Assembly (NCBI GenBank): GCA_951406725.2
Contig: OX597818.1
Span: forward strand, 8,122,001 to 8,186,000
Length of the DNA: 64,000 nt
Direction: 5' to 3'
Origin: Octopus vulgaris
Taxonomy: Eukaryota
Shown piece by piece: positions 25,497-40,172 of this stretch (position 1 is its first letter; every line of letters begins with the position of its first letter). The position numbers were made by a program, and so were the translations under genes. Below the pieces are notes generated by a model. It saw only the letters and a list, made by a program, of their open reading frames with translations. It searched no databases and was not told the DNA's origin.

Positions 25497-26168
25497 TAAA
25501 AAATCCCATTAACAGGAAATATTGGAGAAAATCATAAGTAAATTGCATCTAAATTCTATTTTATTCATTCTTCGCTGTTGTTTCAATTTGATGTAGGCAG
25601 TCATAAAAACGGTATTGTAATCATAATAATTGTCCCTAAAATCATATATTAATTGAAAATCAATTAGAAAGAAAATTCTATAGTGCAGTTTCTTCGTTTC
25701 TAAGACCAGAGCAATACATTAAGAAAATTGAGATATTGATATTACCAGCAGGTCATTGCGTGCTGTAGAATAGATAAACTTAACATAGCTTGCAGCAAGT
25801 GGAATTTCTAGCTCAAATTATCTTTGTATTCTGACAATACGGTGTAATATGTAATGTCTAAAGTAACATTTTTAACAATATCTAAAACTACAAATACAGC
25901 CCGATGTTATTTATTCAGAAATCTGTTTAATCGTGTCTTTTGATGACAGCAGTCGAAATACAGGGCAGCTATATCAAAGCCGACAATTTATACGAAAGTG
26001 GCATTGATGATGTGGATATAATGACAGGGAAACACACAAACACACAAACATACACACACACAAAGTCACACACGCACAAACGCATGCACGCACACAGAGA
26101 AACAGAATCATACACACATACAAAGACCCACACAAGCGCATAGATGGAGGCACATGTGTTATAGTATA

Positions 26169-26402
26169 TATTTCTTTACTACCCACAAGGGGCTAAACAC
26201 AGAGGGGACAAACAAGGACAGACAAACGGTATTAAATAGATTACATCGACCCCAGTGCGCGACTGGTACTTAATTTATCGACCCCGAAAGGATGAAAGGC
26301 AAAGTCAACCTCGGCGGGATTTGAACCCAGAACTTAACGGCAGACAAAATACGGCTGCGCATTTCGCCCGGCGTGCTAACGTTTCTGCCAGCTCACCGCC
26401 TT
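26169..26402 (-). mobile_element. Young tRNA-derived SINE with 15-bp TSD
   Basis: Head GGCGGTGAGCTGGCAGAAACGTTAG, B box GGGTTCAAATCC, core GCCTTTCATCCTTTCGGGGTCGATAAA. TSD ATGTGTTATAGTATA at 26154-26168 and 26403-26417. Confidence 0.92.
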
Positions 26403-29400
26403 ATGTGTTATAGTATAGATAACGGTCTGTAGTCGGGTAGACGGAAGCATGGCAAAACTATGACGAATAGAATGTTTATGTAAAATAACCTGCCACTTTG
26501 TCTGGTTTAACGAATTTTGCTGTCTAACAAATATACCGAACATGTATATTCAGATTTTAGGATGGATTGATATCAAAGCGTTCTGCTCCTTACTGCATAA
26601 AGTAGAAATGTGTGTTGTTTTTTCCCTAATTTTTCTTCCTCCACCACTAGGAAGAAAAAGTAAAAATTAAACAGGTCATTGACTTTGACCTATCTGACTC
26701 AGGTAAATAAAAAGTGTGATTGTAATACAAATTAAAACTACCATATCTATGCCTGAATTTCATATTTGTTTTATCTCACAACTACTTATATTTGTCACCA
26801 TAGTGCTGCACTTAAGTAGCGCTTGGTGGTTGCATTCGTTTGTATTTCAAATCCGATGCCACGTTCGTCCCTGGTGAGGAGAACATGCAATCCTTGCTGT
26901 TTTAGTCATGAATAACCCTACATTTTTCAGTGAGTGTAGACATTAACGTGAGCCTGTGCAACAGAGATACGCTAATATATTGATTTTCCATATATAGTGC
27001 ATGAGATTTCAGAGAAATGTAGTTGGTATTTTTACGTTGCTGAATGACGTCGAAGGTCCAAAACTAGCATTTTATCGTATTCATTTTTCTTTTGATTCAT
27101 TCATTCTTGCCCATAGTTATACACATACTCTTTCGACACGCTTGATGACTTGAGACCAAGTAATACGCGATGCTTTAAAGCCCAAATGATAAAATCACTA
27201 ATAACATGCTTCTTGTAATGAGCCAATCAATGAATTAAATTTCCTCCATATTGAAGAGAATGATTCATTATCTTAACGATATCTTTCTTTTACGTTTCTT
27301 TCTAACCGTAAGTATCCTTTTACTTCATTATTTAATGTAATTCTGTTCACACGGAAAATGTCAGTATGATCAAAAGTGAAAAAAAATTATAATAGCTCAA
27401 CAGGAAAAAATGTTGGACGAAAATATCAATGTTCAAATGTAGACAGAATGATAAATCTAAAGAAGATGCTGAAGTTTATAGAAGTTGATCAAAGATAGAT
27501 AACTAAGGCTAGACGGAACGATGGAAAGCATAACGATATGATCAACATAGGTGAAATAATTGAAGTTGAATTGAAGTATCCTTGTAGAGGTTGATCAAGA
27601 GAGACAATAATATAAGTTAGACTGAATGATCAAGTCTTGTGAGTGTCACGAAAGCTAGACTGGATAAAAGAGGTTTGCTGGTAAGCTTGCTTGAACAGGT
27701 TAACCTGCTGGCTAAGACCTATAACAGCATAATAGCCTTTGGAATTCATATTCTCAGCTTGTTTTGATGAACCTCCAAAACGACAAGAAATATTTTGCAC
27801 AAAATGTTCTCCTTGGCCAGAGTTTCAAATCCACCAGCATTAATCTAATAAAGTTAACGTCAACACGCCCTTCTGTAACCTGACCTATTGAGGTTGTTAT
27901 TGTTGTTTCAGACTTTTCCTCTGACTAAAAACAATAGTTTCAGAAGAATTTATATGATTTGTGTAAACACCGAGTTACACGTGTTCTTTTAATGATTTCA
28001 GTCTTTTCAGACTCGCTACACTGTAATGGCAGTGTGGTCATGCTGGACAACCAGCCTGAAGACACTCAATAAATTCCACCTCATCCAATACTTTTCCTCC
28101 TGCTTATGTTATTGTTCTGTGTATTGCATTTATCCCTTCGGCAGACAAGCCACGATATCAAGAGGCATCTATGTTGTCAAAATTCTTGAATTTGATGTTC
28201 TAATGCTCTTCACATCTTTTGTTAACATTTTACTATTAAATAACCGTACGGGACAAAATGCACTGAAGATATGTATGAGCCTACTCTCTACTATATCCAC
28301 CCTGTAATACGAATGATATTTAATTACTGACTCTAAAACGATTTCTTAAAAACACTCAAAAACAAATACGTCCTCGGTAAGATTCGAATCGAAAATGTGT
28401 GTTCTAGCTAAATACCACAAAGCATTTTTACAAGCACTCTAATGACCATGAAAATGCATCCAACCCATCTTATAAAGCTGCTACACCAATGTAAATAGAT
28501 GCATAGCATCTAAGAGGATGAACCACCGCCTGGACGTGCCTCAAAGCTACAATACCTAGTCAAGATATTCTATACTTCAGTCATTTATTCATGTACCATA
28601 AATTCGTAATTATACTTGCCTTTTTGTTATTTCTAACTAGACGCGTTCAGAATATCGCCCTTGTACTATGCAGTGGGATTTGAAAGAGGTTTAGCTGGTA
28701 TTTCTAGCATATCAAATGATATCGTTTGCCACCGAATATATTGCACTTATTTAATTGTAGATGAAATAATAAGTCAAATATTATTTAGAATGTATTGGCA
28801 GCATCTCAGAACATAAGTATCTTGTATTACAAGCAACAACTCTCTGGCTATATTAGAAAAGTGATCACAAGACACAATTTATTGGGTACATTAAATAAGA
28901 TCACATTACCCTACTGGCTATGTTACAGAACATGACATACATGAAAATATATTGAAAATGGTTGAAAATTCTCATTTGTAAACAATTTAACATGTTCCAA
29001 TAACAACAATACCAAAGCAAAATTACTGCTGGAGAGCAACCACTACACGAGAAATTTAATTACACAAACATATTTCGTTTTGATTGTTACTGATTTGATA
29101 ACAATACTGCTAGAAACCAATTTCTCAGCTAAATATTTGTATTAATTTCAATAACAATTGTGTTTTGTACAATATATAAAGCTTTATTTTATAAGAAACC
29201 AAATACACACCATATTCTAGTGATCTATGCGTTCATATAAGAGCAAACATGAACATTTGCATGCACATTTTATTAATACTGCACTCTTTACATTAATGTG
29301 TCTAGAGGTTTACTGTCTGTCTATATATAGTCAGTTCGTATTTAGATTATTGTTTTTATTTCGCTTTTTAATCTGCACTTATAGAAAACAGTCTGCTATT

Positions 29401-30746
29401 TCTTCATATGAAATGGAAAAAAGAGTTTAATACGACCTGACGCTTGTATCAAGGACCTTTCTTTCAACAGAGAGTGTGCATCCTGGCGCCAAAGAATAGA
29501 GGGTTCAATCCATGAACGTTGAACATGAAATGGGATATATTTAAACTGATAAACGAATATTGTTGTTTAGTTTCCAAGTCAGGCGCAAGTCGAGTAGACA
29601 CATTATTAAACGCCTTTCTAACCAAGTTAACCTCGACTGTACTTTCCTGGCCGGTATCTTTCGGATCACATGACTAAAGAGTGCGTTGTGTGTTCATTAG
29701 GAAGGTATGGTCAGATAACAGTAACTTCCGTTGCCTATATATATATATATATTGGGACGAACGAACTCGTACACTGTGCCTGCTTGGTAAGGATTGGCGC
29801 ATATTATCGTTCAGTAGGGATATACTTTGTGCGTACGAACCCTAACGTATAGTACTTGGATCTTTTGATTACTAACGTACACTATATGGTACAATACAGT
29901 GTCGTCAACCATAGGGAATCATTTATAATACTCACTACCAAAAGTGGCTTACATACATGCAGTATCACACGCACGCATACAAACACACAAACACTCACAC
30001 ACTTATATGTGTGAATGTATGGATGAATCACGCTATGGGATTTTTGTATGTGTCATCCATAGACACGGAGAAAAAATAGAATATAATAGTGATCTATTTT
30101 GATTGTGACTCTAGTTGTTAATTACCTTTGTTTGTCTGGTTCTGTGTGCATACGGGTGTCTGTCTCTGATATTGACCGCGCCTGTGTGTCTGTGAGTGTA
30201 TCATTTTGGGACATACATTTGTATCTATTGTTTAACATCACCAGCTAGAATAAGCTTCCGCACATTGATTATCAAGCAAAATTTATATTATTGTTTAGTT
30301 TATATATTTGTTACATAGCTGAATATTCTCCTAAATAATTATATCACAAATAGAATTTAGGTAATTTCTTATCAATGATGATAAGACACATATCAAAATT
30401 GTCAGCTAGATTGTTAACAAACGTTGTTAGCTCCAAACATTTGGTAAAGCAAGGGTATAACATAGGAAATTATGTGATATTAAAGGCAAAAAATATATTT
30501 ATTTGTGCGGAAGATTATTTAAAAAGTAAGCATTGAATTAATGAATATACTTGTCAAGGAGAACGTTGATGTGGAAATCTGCCTGTTGGTCAGACTACTT
30601 TACATCACCTAATTTAATTTTACGTAATGGAAGTTAAATATGAAATTAGACCCTGTTAAATAGATATTTTCAGATATCATGTCTTATGTAAATGGAACTC
30701 ATCAGACATTCTTTGTATTGCTGGAAAGAACTTATATATTCACTTT

Positions 30747-30801
<55 letters not shown>

Positions 30802-30852
30802 AATTATCATCACCATCACCACCACCACCACCATCATTATCATCATCATCAT

Positions 30853-32575
30853 ATGAAAACTCACAGCTTATTTTGCTGGGTATGATGGAAAGGTTCAGCT
30901 GTCCGCAGCCAGCAGACTAAGGTGACTCTTGTTGATAGGTCATGCTTTAAGAAACCTGCGAATAATTCTTGCAGTTCCAAGCAATGTTGATTTTTGTAGG
31001 TGTTCTATTATATTGTTCTGAAAATACTGGCCGTTCCAAGTGTTGTGTTTTGAAATGCATCTTAATCATAGTATTTTAAGTATATTTTAGGTGAATTTCG
31101 ACATGCTTATTAATAGACGTTAATAAATTTCTACTTATTTCAGACAGAAAACATTCTTGAAGAATAGGAACCCTTAATTTTTAACATGACAAAATCGGAC
31201 CTTCACTTACTTTTCTTGCATGAGTTCAAGTTTGAGAACAATGCTTTCCAAACTGCTTCTAATATCAACAGAGCATGGGCAGAAGGGTCCACAAGTGATC
31301 GCACAATACGAAGATGGTTTCAGAAATTCCATATTGCAACGGTCACACACAATCTGCAGGAGACTCGCATGGTGAAAAATCTCGATAAGTGGGTACAGCA
31401 TGAGCTGAATGAGAATCAAATATTTCGGTGTTTTGAATTGTGCTTGATGTTCTTACTGCGAAATACTAATGATCCATTAATTCACCGAATAGTCACTTGT
31501 GACGAAAAGTGGATCCTTTATGATAACCGTAAACGATCAGGTCCATGGCTTGATCGTGATGAGTCCCCCGAACATTTCCTAAAGCCAAAGTTGCATCAGC
31601 AAAGGATTATGGTTACTATCTGGTTGTCTGTAATCTGTGTTGTCCATTACAGTTTGCTGGAAACCAATCAGAGCATTACACCAAATGTTTACTGCAATCA
31701 ACTCGGTGGAAGTCATGCCCACTTGCAAAAAATGAGATTAGTTTGTGAATCGGCGTGGCCCAATTCTGCTTCGCGATAATGCAAAGCCACCTGTTGCAAG
31801 AATGATGCTGAAGAAACTCACAGACGTGGGGTACGAGGCTTTACCACATCCTTCATATTCTCCTGATATTTCAGCAAATGAAAACCATTTTTTAAGCATT
31901 TAAACACATTAAGTGATAAAACTTTCAGGTCCAAAGCAGCGGGAGAACAAGCTTTCAAATGTTTCTTAGCATCAAAGCCAATAAGTTTTTATCAACGATG
32001 CATAATACGTCGGCAAAAATGCATAGCTGTTCGCGGTTCATACTTTGATGAATCAAAACAATCCTTCTGTTAATGTTTCTTAAATCGGCCATTATTTTCG
32101 TAACAACCTAATACCCTCACACTTGCACCGATCTTTTTCAGCAATGTTGGTAAATGAGAACCGATACTTCCAAGTGCACGAATTACTATTGGTATCACGT
32201 CTTCTCTCTTCATTGATCACAATCTTCGAACGTTCCCCTTCAAATCATCATAGATAATTATTTGTTGTTCTTCTTTCACATTGATTCTGTTGTCACCGGG
32301 GCATGCTATGTCGAGTATCAAGAAGTTTTTTTCTCTTTTTTATTCCCCACACCAATGTCTGGTTTCCGATGCCTGGTCGGATGATCGCAGTGAATCATTG
32401 CATCCCATAGGATTTTGCAATTCTCATTTTTGGTGAATCCTTCTGGAATTTGATAATATCACATTTTCGCTTCTTGTTGGCTGTGATCATTCTTACCACA
32501 TTGCCATGGCATCTTTTGTATTCGAGTAGTGTCAATTTCAAGTATTCGCTAACGATGTGTTACATTTACTCCACT
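30853..32575 (-). mobile_element. Old R4/Dong RLE 3' fragment ending next to (CAT)n, interrupted by mariner
   Basis: Removing 31008-32111 restores IGASVRVEHLQKSTLLGTARIIRRFLKA*. Upstream RLE motifs (ILWD..KPD..ILDIACP) are present. (CAT)n lies at 30748-30852. Confidence 0.8.
31008..32111 (+). mobile_element. mariner (Hsmar1/cecropia-like) transposon, internally deleted, pseudogenised transposase
   Basis: ORF 31186-31779 has RTIRRWFQKF, KWVQHEL and IVTCDEKWILYDN, then DNAKP..HPSYSPD after a frameshift. ~30-bp imperfect TIRs and TA TSD. Confidence 0.92.
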
Positions 32576-32599
32576 TTAAATGGCGAGTGCTTTCCGTAA

Positions 32600-33185
32600 T
32601 ATATGGGCTGTACCTATTAAGGTTATCTTTCGTACTTCACAGAGACTGACGTTACCAGGGAGTTGCTTAATATACATCTCAGCTACGTTCTTTATCATTC
32701 CCAACGCAACAATCACTGCTGGTATTTTTTTATCGTATTACTAAGCTTCCACATATTTTTATGATTTCAATTTGCAGATCTTAATAGTGAAAAAGCTCTA
32801 TGTATTCCTTTCTTGATGCATTCTGATTTTGTGGGGCAGACATATCTATTACCAGACAAGTTCCTCTGTTGTTGTCCTTGAACACAATGCTTGGTCGATT
32901 GGAATATGTCTGTTTGTTTTGCTAAGTTTGAAAGGATGTTGACGCCCTCGCTATTTACTACATCCTCTGAATTTGTTTTGTAGTATTTACAAGCATTCCA
33001 GCGGATGTACTGCCCTAGTCGGTCATGTCTTAGAAGTATTTCTTTTCAGCAAGCACTGAGCGGCCAGACAAACCATGATGAATTACTCCTGAAAATTCAC
33101 TGCAAATTCTGCACGAAGGGTCAGACACATCATTACAGACGTTTGCATGGTAGTTTCTGGTAAGTAAGATCTGATCTTGCGCTGA
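32600..33185 (-). mobile_element. Decayed R4/Dong RLE fragment
   Basis: AQDQILLTRNYHANV..PSCRICSE.. followed by RHD and RP..LVIDMSAP motifs. Confidence 0.75.
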
Positions 33186-33660
33186 AACAACATGAATTGA
33201 TTTATATTGGTTGTACAACAGAACAATCAAGCAAAATATTCAATAGACACAAGTATACAGTCAGGCTCAACAGCAATAGTTAGACAGAACTTGGTGGACA
33301 TTTAGAAAAAGACTTGAAAGTGCATATTCCCAGAAGATATCCTGAAACAATTACATCTTAATGCATTGGGACAAATATTTGAGAGATATTAACATCACGC
33401 CCTGAAGTTATGAACAAACTGATAGGGAAATTTGTTTATATTTACCGTTTAATTAAATATTCTTCCTATTCTTATTATTTCCTTTTTCTTTTCTATTTTG
33501 TCTTTTTTCTTTCTTTTTCTTGTAGTAAATTTGAAAATTGAAGACTGATGATGTCATTCCATCAAAGTGGGGACGCAAGATCATCGCGTTAAAACATTTC
33601 AAATTGAATTTCAATTATTTTATACTTGTATGTATCATTTGAATTTGAACTGGACAAAGA
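33186..33660 (+). mobile_element. Penelope-like 3' fragment (GIY-YIG) with decayed hammerhead-like motif
   Basis: Translates LIYIGCTTEQSSKIFNRHKYTVR..TELGGH. Motif CTGATGA-T-GTC..GAC-GCAA-GATC at 33545-33582 (GAAA box mutated). Confidence 0.6.
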
Positions 33661-33731
33661 CAGGCAAGCTCTCAACATATAGTGCAAACCAATAAAATAT
33701 CTATTGCAATCGCATCACTCTTCGTATTATC

Positions 33732-33810
<79 letters not shown>

Positions 33811-33811
<1 letters not shown>

Positions 33812-35970
33812 TATGTTTGACTTTTGCTTTATATTTGTACAAGTTGGCTCCAAGTCTCACCCAGAGACCTCAAGAGACAACAGGGTTGGAAGTTCATGTT
33901 GTTGTTATGCCTAGTGTGCCGTATATTTGGGGTTGTACTAATGAATGTGTAAAAAAAGTTTGTTTTTTTTTAACCGAAAATTATGTTTGTTTTAAACCTT
34001 GAGATTACATAGAAAGTATTTTGCGTAGGATATGAGCAGTTCCCATGAGCACTATCTTTTGAATATCTGCCATTTTTGGGTTTCCTGGTATCTGAGTTAG
34101 GTAGCTATCAGCCCCTTTTGCTATCATTCCCAGGGCACCTATGACAACAGGTATTTTTTTAGTCTTCCGCTTCCACATTTTGCTGATTTCTATTTCAAGA
34201 TCTTTATATTTGCTCAGTTTTTGGTAGGTCTTGACAGATACGTTTATATCGATTGGGACAGTCATATCAATGAGGAGGCATGTTCTTTGTTTTAAGTCTT
34301 TCAATATGATGTCTGGCCTATTTGCATCTATCTTTCTGTCAGTTTGAATGGTGAAGTTCCAGAGGAGTGAGATGTGGTCATTTTCAAGCACTGGGGGTGG
34401 TTTGTGTTCCCACCAGTTTTTTTCATGGGGCAAATCTAGGTTTTTGCAGATTACCCAGTGAATATATTGCGCAGCTCTATCGTGCCTGTTGAGATACTCT
34501 GTAGGCGCTAGAAGACTGCACTTGGAGACCACATGGTCAATGGTTTCCTTTTGTTGCTTGCATACACGACACGTTGGACTGCTTCTGATCTTTAATATGT
34601 TGGCCTGGTAGTTTCTTGTTGGTAGGCATTGATCTTGAGCTGCTATGATAAACCCCTCTGTTTCAGATTTTAAGCCAGAGGCCATTAGCCATTGATGGGT
34701 CAGGGCTTTGTATTATTCGCTCTGTTTGGGTATTTGCCATAGAGAGGTTTTTCTTGCCATTTATCATTCAGAATATATAAGGCCGCAGGTTTAGCACGTG
34801 TTTTCATGCGCTTAGCTTTTTCTGTGCCTGTGTCTTGTATGTCTATCTCTAATTCCGAAATTTGTTGTATTCGGATTTCACTTAGATATTCCTTTGCCTG
34901 TTTTGTTATTGAGTATGATGCTTTCTTGTTTTCATGTTTTGAGACAAGTTTTAACATCCAGTCCTCAGAGTTTTTCAGGTAGGTGTCTAGGCCAATTGTA
35001 GCAATCTTTATTGTTATTGCCAGTTGTAAAAGTCCACGGCCTCCCCTTTTCTTGGCAGATAAAGTCGTTCTGTATCTGCCTTAGGGTGGTGCATTCTATG
35101 CATTGTCAACAGTTTTCGTATTTTTCTGTCAAGATTACATATTTCAGTAATTGACTAGTTAACGATATTGAAACTGTAAGTCACGCCTGGTATGGCTAAT
35201 GCATTGATCGCTTCGATCCTGTTTCTCGCATTCAGCTATGTCTTGAGTATTCCTCTTACTCTGCGATAACATTCTCTCCTGAACTTTCCTTCATCTCTGA
35301 ATGCCTTATTCCTTCTCCTTCAATTACCCCTAGATACTTGTAGTTCTCTGCTGGGTCTAATTCTTTTATGACATTCTGCTGGTCAAGGTTAACGTTAGAT
35401 GTTTCTTTCATTTTTCCTTTGATAAAGGTAGCTTTTGCACACTTATCGAGGCCAAATTGCATTCTGATGTCATCACTGAATTGTTTGACAATCGCTAGTA
35501 AGCCCTTGAGTTGTTGGTCATTTTTTGCAAAGAGCTTTAAATCATCCATGTAAATGAGATGATTTATATTTTTATCAAACGTTTTATATCCGTACTGCGC
35601 GTCATTGAGCAGTTTTGAGAGAGGTATTAAGTCTGCGGTGATAGTGAGTCACCCTGGAAAATGCCACATGAAATTTTTACATCACCAGCATTTAGAGATT
35701 CATTGTCACTGTTCAAAGTTAGTGTGGTTCTCCATGATCTTATACTTACAGACAAAAAGTTTCGCAGAGCAGATGCTATCTTATACATTTCTAGGCATTT
35801 ATTAATCCAGCTATGTGGTAGGCTATCAAAAGCCTTTTTATAGTATATCCAGGCTATTGATAAGTTTTTGTGTCGTTTGTGACAATCTTCTAAGATCATC
35901 TTATTGATGAGTAGTTGATCTTTACAACCGTAGGATCCACGTTTACATCCTTTCTGTTCATTAGGGAATA
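33811..35970 (-). mobile_element. R4/Dong-clade non-LTR retrotransposon, family A, 5'-truncated
   Basis: RT ([27 protein letters not shown]), CCHC (CRVC..H....C), RHD, RPD..LIDMT..KLSKYKDL. The 3' UTR runs into (AAT)n. Several frameshifts. Confidence 0.93.
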
Positions 35971-35980
35971 TTATTATTAT

Positions 35981-36169
35981 GATAAACAGCACATAACCTT
36001 GCAGGTAGGGCCCAGTTAGGATTTTCTTCTGGTTGAGTAGCCCATCCCGCTCAAAATGTCCCTGAATAAGGATTGTTTAAAGATATTGAACGAAACACCC
36101 ATGTTTCCAAAGGTGAATTATTCAAACCTCTAAGAATTCTTTTCAACACATGGCTTTGATGCTCCCCCA
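35981..36169 (-). mobile_element. Internal fragment of the 558-bp non-coding element
   Basis: Aligns to ~40570-40758; ATT on both sides. Confidence 0.85.
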
Positions 36170-36171
36170 TG

Positions 36172-36202
<31 letters not shown>

Positions 36203-36203
<1 letters not shown>

Positions 36204-39200
36204 TTTTTTTTTCTTCTTTCAAATTTGCTTCCATTTCTTGTCGAGTGTCTTCCCGACTCCTAGTATATATTGGTAGGCCATTAAACCAAACTCAATAGTT
36301 CGTTCATTTAAAAAAAAAAAAAAAAAAAAAAAATTTTTTAAAGTTAAATTAAAATACATGAACAGCAACAGTTCTCACATCGACAATGCTCTTCTCAATA
36401 CGTGTGATGTACCAGTTAAGACAATCTTTTGCACTTCTTCCAGGGATGGTAAGCCAGGAATCATTCTCATATAATTTTCGGTTCCCTTCTTGATCATTCC
36501 TAGTGCTCCTACGATCACTGGTATTGTAACCGCCTTGAGATGCCACATTTCCTCAATTTCAATGAGTAGGTCTTTATATTTTCTGAGCTTGTCAAACTCT
36601 TTCGCTGAGATATTATGATCACAGGGGATGCTCATGTCGATCAATAAGCAAACTTTATTGTTTTGGTCTTCACAACAATATCTGGTTTATTGGCCTTGAT
36701 GGTTCGGTCTGTATGTACTGGAAAGTCCCACAGAATGGTTACATTTTCTCCTTCAGTTACAGCCTCAGGGTGGTGATTATACCACTTGTCGGCAGTTTTG
36801 ATATCGTAATGCCGACTTATTAGCCAGTGTAGATATTAACCAACTCTGTCATGTCTTAATTTATACTCCACTGGTGCTAAGACTTTACATCCAGAGATTA
36901 GGTGGTCCACTGTTTCAATCATGTCGTTGCAGAATCGGCATTTTGGGTCTGCTCCATTTTTCATCACATTTGCCTGGTAGTTCCGGGTTAATAGGCTTTG
37001 ATCTTGAGCAGCCAGGATGAAACCTTCGCTCTCTGCTTTTAGCTCTGAGCTCCGTAGCCACTGATGGGTTTGCTTCTGGTCAACATCAGCTTGTTTGCTG
37101 CGGGTCACATATTTGCCGTGCAGAGGTTTCTCCTCCCACCTATCAGCCAATTGCCCGTGCGCTTTTTTCCGTTGCCATTATTTTCACCTTCTTTGCAACA
37201 ATAGTTGCCGTACTTCCCTCGGGTTGTTCAGTTTGGGTATCCTGCACGAGATCAATAGCAAATTTTTGGCTTTCCTTTATGATAGAATGAAGCTTCTTTC
37301 GTCTCTCGTGATTTTCCACGAGCTTTAGCATCCAGTCATTCGATATTTCGAGATATTTGGCCAGTCCAATTGTGGTTGTTTTGTAAGCTAGTTCAAATTG
37401 GATCAGGCCTCGACCTCCTTGGGCTCTGGGAAGGGAAAGGCGATCTACGTCTGCCTTTGGGTGGTGCATCCTATTACAACTCAGCAGCTTGCGTATTTTC
37501 CTATCTATATTCTTTACTTCACTCATATTCCAGTTCAACACATTGTAGCTATAAGTGACAACTGGAACTGCTAAGGAATTTATAGCTAACACCTTGTTAC
37601 GTGCATTTAGTTCAGATTTCAGGACTGCACGAACTCTCCTATAACGTTCCTTCCTGATCTCCTCTTTAATGATTGCATGCTGAATACCAGAGCCTTCATT
37701 TATCCCTAAATATTTGTATGTTTGTTCTTGCTCAAGCACTCTTATGACTGTGTCAACATCTAACACGACTGAATTTGTGGTCTTCACTTTCCCTTTCTGG
37801 AAAGTGGCCTTGGCACACTTCTCAAGTCCAAACTCCATCCCGATGTCATCGCTGAATGCTTTCACAGTGCGCAATAGGCCTTCAAGGTCATTATTGTCTT
37901 TACCATAAAGTTTTAAGTCATCCATATAAAATAGATGGCTTATTTTTTTATTGGCAATTTTATACCCATACCCTGTTCTGTTTAATTCACTTGTAAGGGG
38001 TATTAGGGCTATGCAGAATATTAAAGGTGAAAGTGAGTCACCTTGAAAAATTCCACAGTTGATGTTTATATTTTCTGAGGCAAGTACTCCATTAGAGTGG
38101 TATAATTGGAGATTCGGATTCCACAACGACATATTGTGCTTCAGGAAGTTTGAAATCACAGAGGAAATTTTGAAGATGTCCAGCGATCTCAAGATCCATG
38201 GATGCGGTATACTGTCGAAGGCCTTTTTGTAGTCAATCCATGCGGTGCTGAGATTTCTGCGCTTGTTGTGACAGTTCTCAAGGATCATACGATTGATTAG
38301 CAGTTGATCTTTGCATCCGTAAGAGCCTCGGCGGCACCCTTTTTGTTCAATGGGGAAAATATCGTTCTTCTCCATGAATGCATATGTTTTCTCCGCCAGG
38401 ATAGATGTTAGGATTTTATACGTGGTGGATAGACAGGTTATAGGCCGATAGTTTTTTGGAAGGTTGGTTTCGTTATTCTTTGGGAGCAGGTAAGTAATGC
38501 CACTTGCTAACCATTCAGGTGTTTTCTTTGGGTCTCTCATAATTCCATTGAGCAGCTGAACTAGCTTACCGTGTGCGCATGGGAGCGATGCGAGCCAGAA
38601 ATTCGGCACCCTTTCTTTACCGGGGGATTTCCAATTAGGGGCCTTCGTGAGTGCCTTTCTTAGGTCTGCTATTGTGATGTCTTCCCATGCTTGTTGTTGT
38701 AAATTTTGGTAGGATCCTTCAGTTTGTATAATCCAGTCTGCATTTATGTTGTACGTCTTCTTGTCACTCCAAATCCTTTTCCAAAAGTTTTGAACTTCTT
38801 CCATGGGAGGGGGTCTTTAACAGTTACTTTCTCCTTCCCTATTCCTCTGTAGAATTTTTTGGCATTGGATGTGAACAGCTTATTTTGCTTGTAAAACTTG
38901 TTTCTCTCCTCAAATCTTCGTATTCTTTGGGCTTTTGCTTGGACTTTTTGTTTCAGCGTTTCTTTTATTGATATCAGTTCTTCTCTTGGTGAGGATCCAA
39001 ATTTTCTCTTCATCTTTCTTCCTGTTCTGGATCTTACATCATTTCCACATATTAGTTCATTTAATATTGATATTTCCCCTCTCATAAATTCAATCTCTTT
39101 TTTAATTTTACTTCTCCAGGTTTGATTTCTTCCCAGGTTTTGTTTTCCTTGTTTTTTCGGGGGCATACAGCTGGTTTCAATTGCCCTAGCAGAAGCGTAA

Positions 39201-40172
39201 ATAATTTCATTTAACTCAGTAAAATCAGGTTTTAATTCTCGTATTATTTCATTTGTTACATAGTTGCCAATTTGGATTTGTTTTTTATTTTGGTTTGTAT
39301 TTGAAAGTTTATGAAGTGGTTCTCTATCATTCATACTTGTATGTCTTACAACTTCAAGCGTATTCAGGATTTTCTGCCTCATTTCTGCCATAGACTCTCT
39401 GTGTTCTTCAGCAAATGCGAGATCTTCAGTTACTGTTGTTTTTTCGTTTTCCTGGCTATCTTTAACAGGTACAATAGAATTTCTTGTATCTTCAGGCCTT
39501 TGCGTACTTTGGTCAGATGGCAGTCTTTCAATTAAGCCTCGTGGTGGGCTATACTGTTCATCTGATTCTTCATTTCCTTTGTGTCTTATATTTATGTCAT
39601 TTTCCGTTGCGTGCTTGATCGCGCTTATTTCACTGTCTGTGAGTCTGTTATTTCTAAGGATATCCCTCCTCACATTTGCTAATTTGTTCTCGTCCAAATA
39701 GGGCCTACTGTCTTGATTCCGTGTTCTCCATATACTGTAAGAGTTTGCAGTGTGTCTCTCTTGAGATGGCCTACCTAATGCATAGTAATAAGCGTAAATT
39801 ACTTCTTTATACTCTTCTCGGGTCCATTTGTTCCGCTTACATTTTTCTTTCTGTGGTGGTTGTGGTGGTGAACTTGGAGGGCTCGAGTTGGGGGATTTCC
39901 CGTTCAAGTGACCATCCATGTCCGTATTCGGAGAAGAGTTTGTGCCAGTTGATGACTTTTCGATCCCAGGCTGGCTCTTCCCTGGGGGACGCGCTTCCAG
40001 ATTAACCATAGGACAAGCGATTTGGTATACTGATTTAGTTTTCCTTTTAGTTTCCAAAAACATTTTGGTGCTACGATAATGTTATCATTTTTTAGCTTTG
40101 ATTGGCTCGTGGGGAGACGGCCATCATTGCCGTTACAATTATAATCGTACCATTATAGCAGCCGTAGTCGGC
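36203..40172 (-). mobile_element. Near full-length R4/Dong retrotransposon, family B (~4.0 kb)
   Basis: Short 5' UTR starting with hairpin GCCG-ACTA-CGGC, one long ORF broken into four track ORFs, 3' UTR ending in (AAT)n. Confidence 0.95.
36375..40063 (-). pseudogene. Dong-B polyprotein: Myb-like N-terminus, reverse transcriptase, CCHC finger, restriction-like endonuclease
   Basis: KWTREEYKEVIYAYY..W..R..KLANVRR; NYRPITCL; WIDYKKAFDSIPH; [10 protein letters not shown]; FYMDDLKLY; CRFC..H....C; RHD; KPDI..LIDMS..KLRKYKDL. About 3 frameshifts (~38805, ~37165, ~36670) and one stop (36836). Confidence 0.93.

Noticed and set aside
40085-40172. HDV-like ribozyme in the Dong-B 5' UTR (CGT-CTCCCC-ACG-AGCC)
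   Set aside because: P1 is only ~4 bp, and I could not find P1.1 GG or a J4/2 catalytic C by eye.
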